This document shows positions 47,621 through 49,246 of a DNA stretch of 49,246 nt, piece by piece. Each line of letters opens with the position of its first letter. The first letter of the stretch is position 1. The stretch is taken from NCBI GenBank assembly GCA_008632985.1, contig QPGO01000108.1, positions 1 to 49,246 of the forward strand, in the 5' to 3' direction. A model generated the notes under the pieces. It saw only the letters and a program-made list of their open reading frames with translations. It did not search any database and had not been told where the DNA came from. Made by a program: the position numbers and the translations under genes. The stretch comes from Psammoneis japonica. Its lineage: Eukaryota.

Positions 47621-48796
47621 TCAAGGCATGGCAGGAGCAATGGGAACGTCGGCATTCGGATGGAGGACGAAGTGGCCACCGGCGAGCACACGTTGGGCGA
47701 AATTGCGCATGACAGGCTCCGCTTGTAGATGGAGGCATCGGAGCATTTCGTCGGACCGCCATCGGCCCAAGAGACGAATTGTGTCCATGTCGACTTGGGC
47801 ACACAGCAATCCCATGGCACCCGCGGCTCGAAGGCAGCGCGCGGAGACATCAGAGAGAAGGAATCCGAGATTCTGTGGACCAAGTGCAGTGATGGCAGCA
47901 CGGAGGATGGACGTGATGTCAGTGGGACTGACTCGGTGCCAGCGTCCGTTGCAGAAGTGGACTGACAAAGGTGTGTCAGGCAAAGCGCCAAAGGTGCGCA
48001 AGTGAAGTGTTCGGCGTACGGCAGCTTTGACGGGGCAGAGTTGTGGGTGGCCGGAGAGGCCAAGGCCGACAACTTCGCCACGAACTCCATTCTTTTGCGC
48101 AGTGAAGGTGAGCGTGGTGAAGGTTGCAGCGGCGAGCTGCGCGTCTGGGGCATGGAAGACATCCAAATGGATGCCACCAGCGGAGAGGCGTGCGTCGGCG
48201 AGCCGAAAAGGAGTGGTCTCCGAAGGGGTGGCTGTGCATTCACCAGGACGCAAGAGAAAGAAAAAGGCAAGGGCGATCATGTCAGCGACAGCATGGGTGC
48301 CGGGGTGCTGACTGGCAGCAGCAGCAGCCAAGATCCAATGGAGCACGGCCACGGGTCAGGTTTTGCACGGTCGGTGGGCGGATCCTGCTTCTTGCAGTGA
48401 CGGATCTGGCGGGCAAGATGGAAATCCAAGCCGCCTTGGAGGGTGAGCCGTGGGTCCGGGGCCCCCATTGCAGCGAACGTTTGGCCAACCGACCGCAGGG
48501 CATCTTCAGCGGTGCGTGCACGGACGGGATTGCCACGTGGGGCGAGGACTCCGACTCGACATCGGTGGAGGAAGACTTGGAGGAATGAAGATGGGGTCTT
48601 CGACTTCGACAAGGAGTGGATCGACGGCCAGTGTGTGGCAGAAATTGGCCCAGAGGTTCCAATGGGTGTCGGCGGCGGAGGCTCGTGAAGGGGCAACTGT
48701 GAGGGCAACGGCTCTCTGCGCAGCACCGAGGTCACGAAGGAAATCAGCTTTCGTGGCGGGGTCCACAAGCGCCAAGGTTTGGTCTGCGGGTGACAA
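47621..48796 (-). pseudogene. tyrosine recombinase, frameshifted, catalytic Tyr replaced by Cys
   Basis: FFFLLRPGEC, FTAQKNG, LCPVKA, SARCLRAAGA and IRLLGRWRSDEMLRCLH; N-terminal parts in ORFs 48277..49167 (VRARTAEDALRSVGQ..G.PDPR) and 48506..48796. Confidence 0.88.
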
Positions 48797-49246
48797 GCAT
48801 TAAAATGGTGCAAAAGTTCCGTGTTGGTCAGGGATTGTAAACGGGAAGCATCGTCAGCGGCGGTGTTGAGGGTGCCTTGTAGGAAGTCGTGAATGGTGAC
48901 GTGACGATGGAATCGTTGATGGCAAGCTTGGCAGCGATGGAACTCGGCACGAAGCTCAGAGGTGGTGGAGGAACCTTTGCGTTGCCAGAACAAAGCACCC
49001 AAACTGTCAGTGCGCTGAAGGTTGGTGCGCTCCCGCAGGTCGAAACATTCGGATGCAGCGCATGTGTGGACGATGCTGCCCACGAGTTCAAGGTCGGTGT
49101 TGGTGATCGGGCCGTGAGGATTCTCGCAGGTGGCAAGGTCCTGGGTGACCTGGTTTGGGAAAGGCACACGCCAAACAACGGGACCGGGGTTGGTTTGAAT
49201 GCGGCGGCATCCGTGTGGACTAAATTTTAGTTTGGTGGCGCGTGGG
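48600..49246 (-). pseudogene. RT/RNase H C-terminal region of the Ngaro-type element
   Basis: ITNTDLELVG..RTDSLGALFWQRKGSST..FLQGTLNTAADDASRL RNase H pattern. Confidence 0.8.

Larger units (their letters stand above)
47044..49246 (-). mobile_element. 3' part of an Ngaro-type (DIRS order) tyrosine-recombinase retrotransposon
   Basis: RNase H-like ORF overlapping a tyrosine recombinase ORF, followed by split direct repeats; continues beyond the window. Confidence 0.88.

Overview
Eukaryotic nuclear DNA, very likely from a diatom (ASAFAP plastid-targeting motif, DUF6824/CRAL-TRIO protein, short GT-AG introns). Three gene islands (~3.7-5.6, 13.5-18.4 and 42.3-46.7 kb) alternate with blocks of nested, decayed transposons. 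These include a CRE-type non-LTR retroelement, a Plavaka-like DNA transposase with passenger ORFs, four members of a TGACGYGTTCCAG-TIR family with 2-bp TSDs, a Crinkler-like relic and an Ngaro-type tyrosine-recombinase retroelement. The main observation is a repeat-restricted, strand-symmetric TpA->TpG/CpA hypermutation, the reverse direction of fungal RIP. It converts Tyr codons to Cys/His (including the recombinase catalytic Tyr), erases TAA/TAG stops, spares TA in TA[AG]A / T[CT]TA contexts, stops at gene islands and appears to precede CpG decay. No enzyme that could cause it was recognised in this window. All family assignments are by motif recognition and counts were made by eye; no database search was run.
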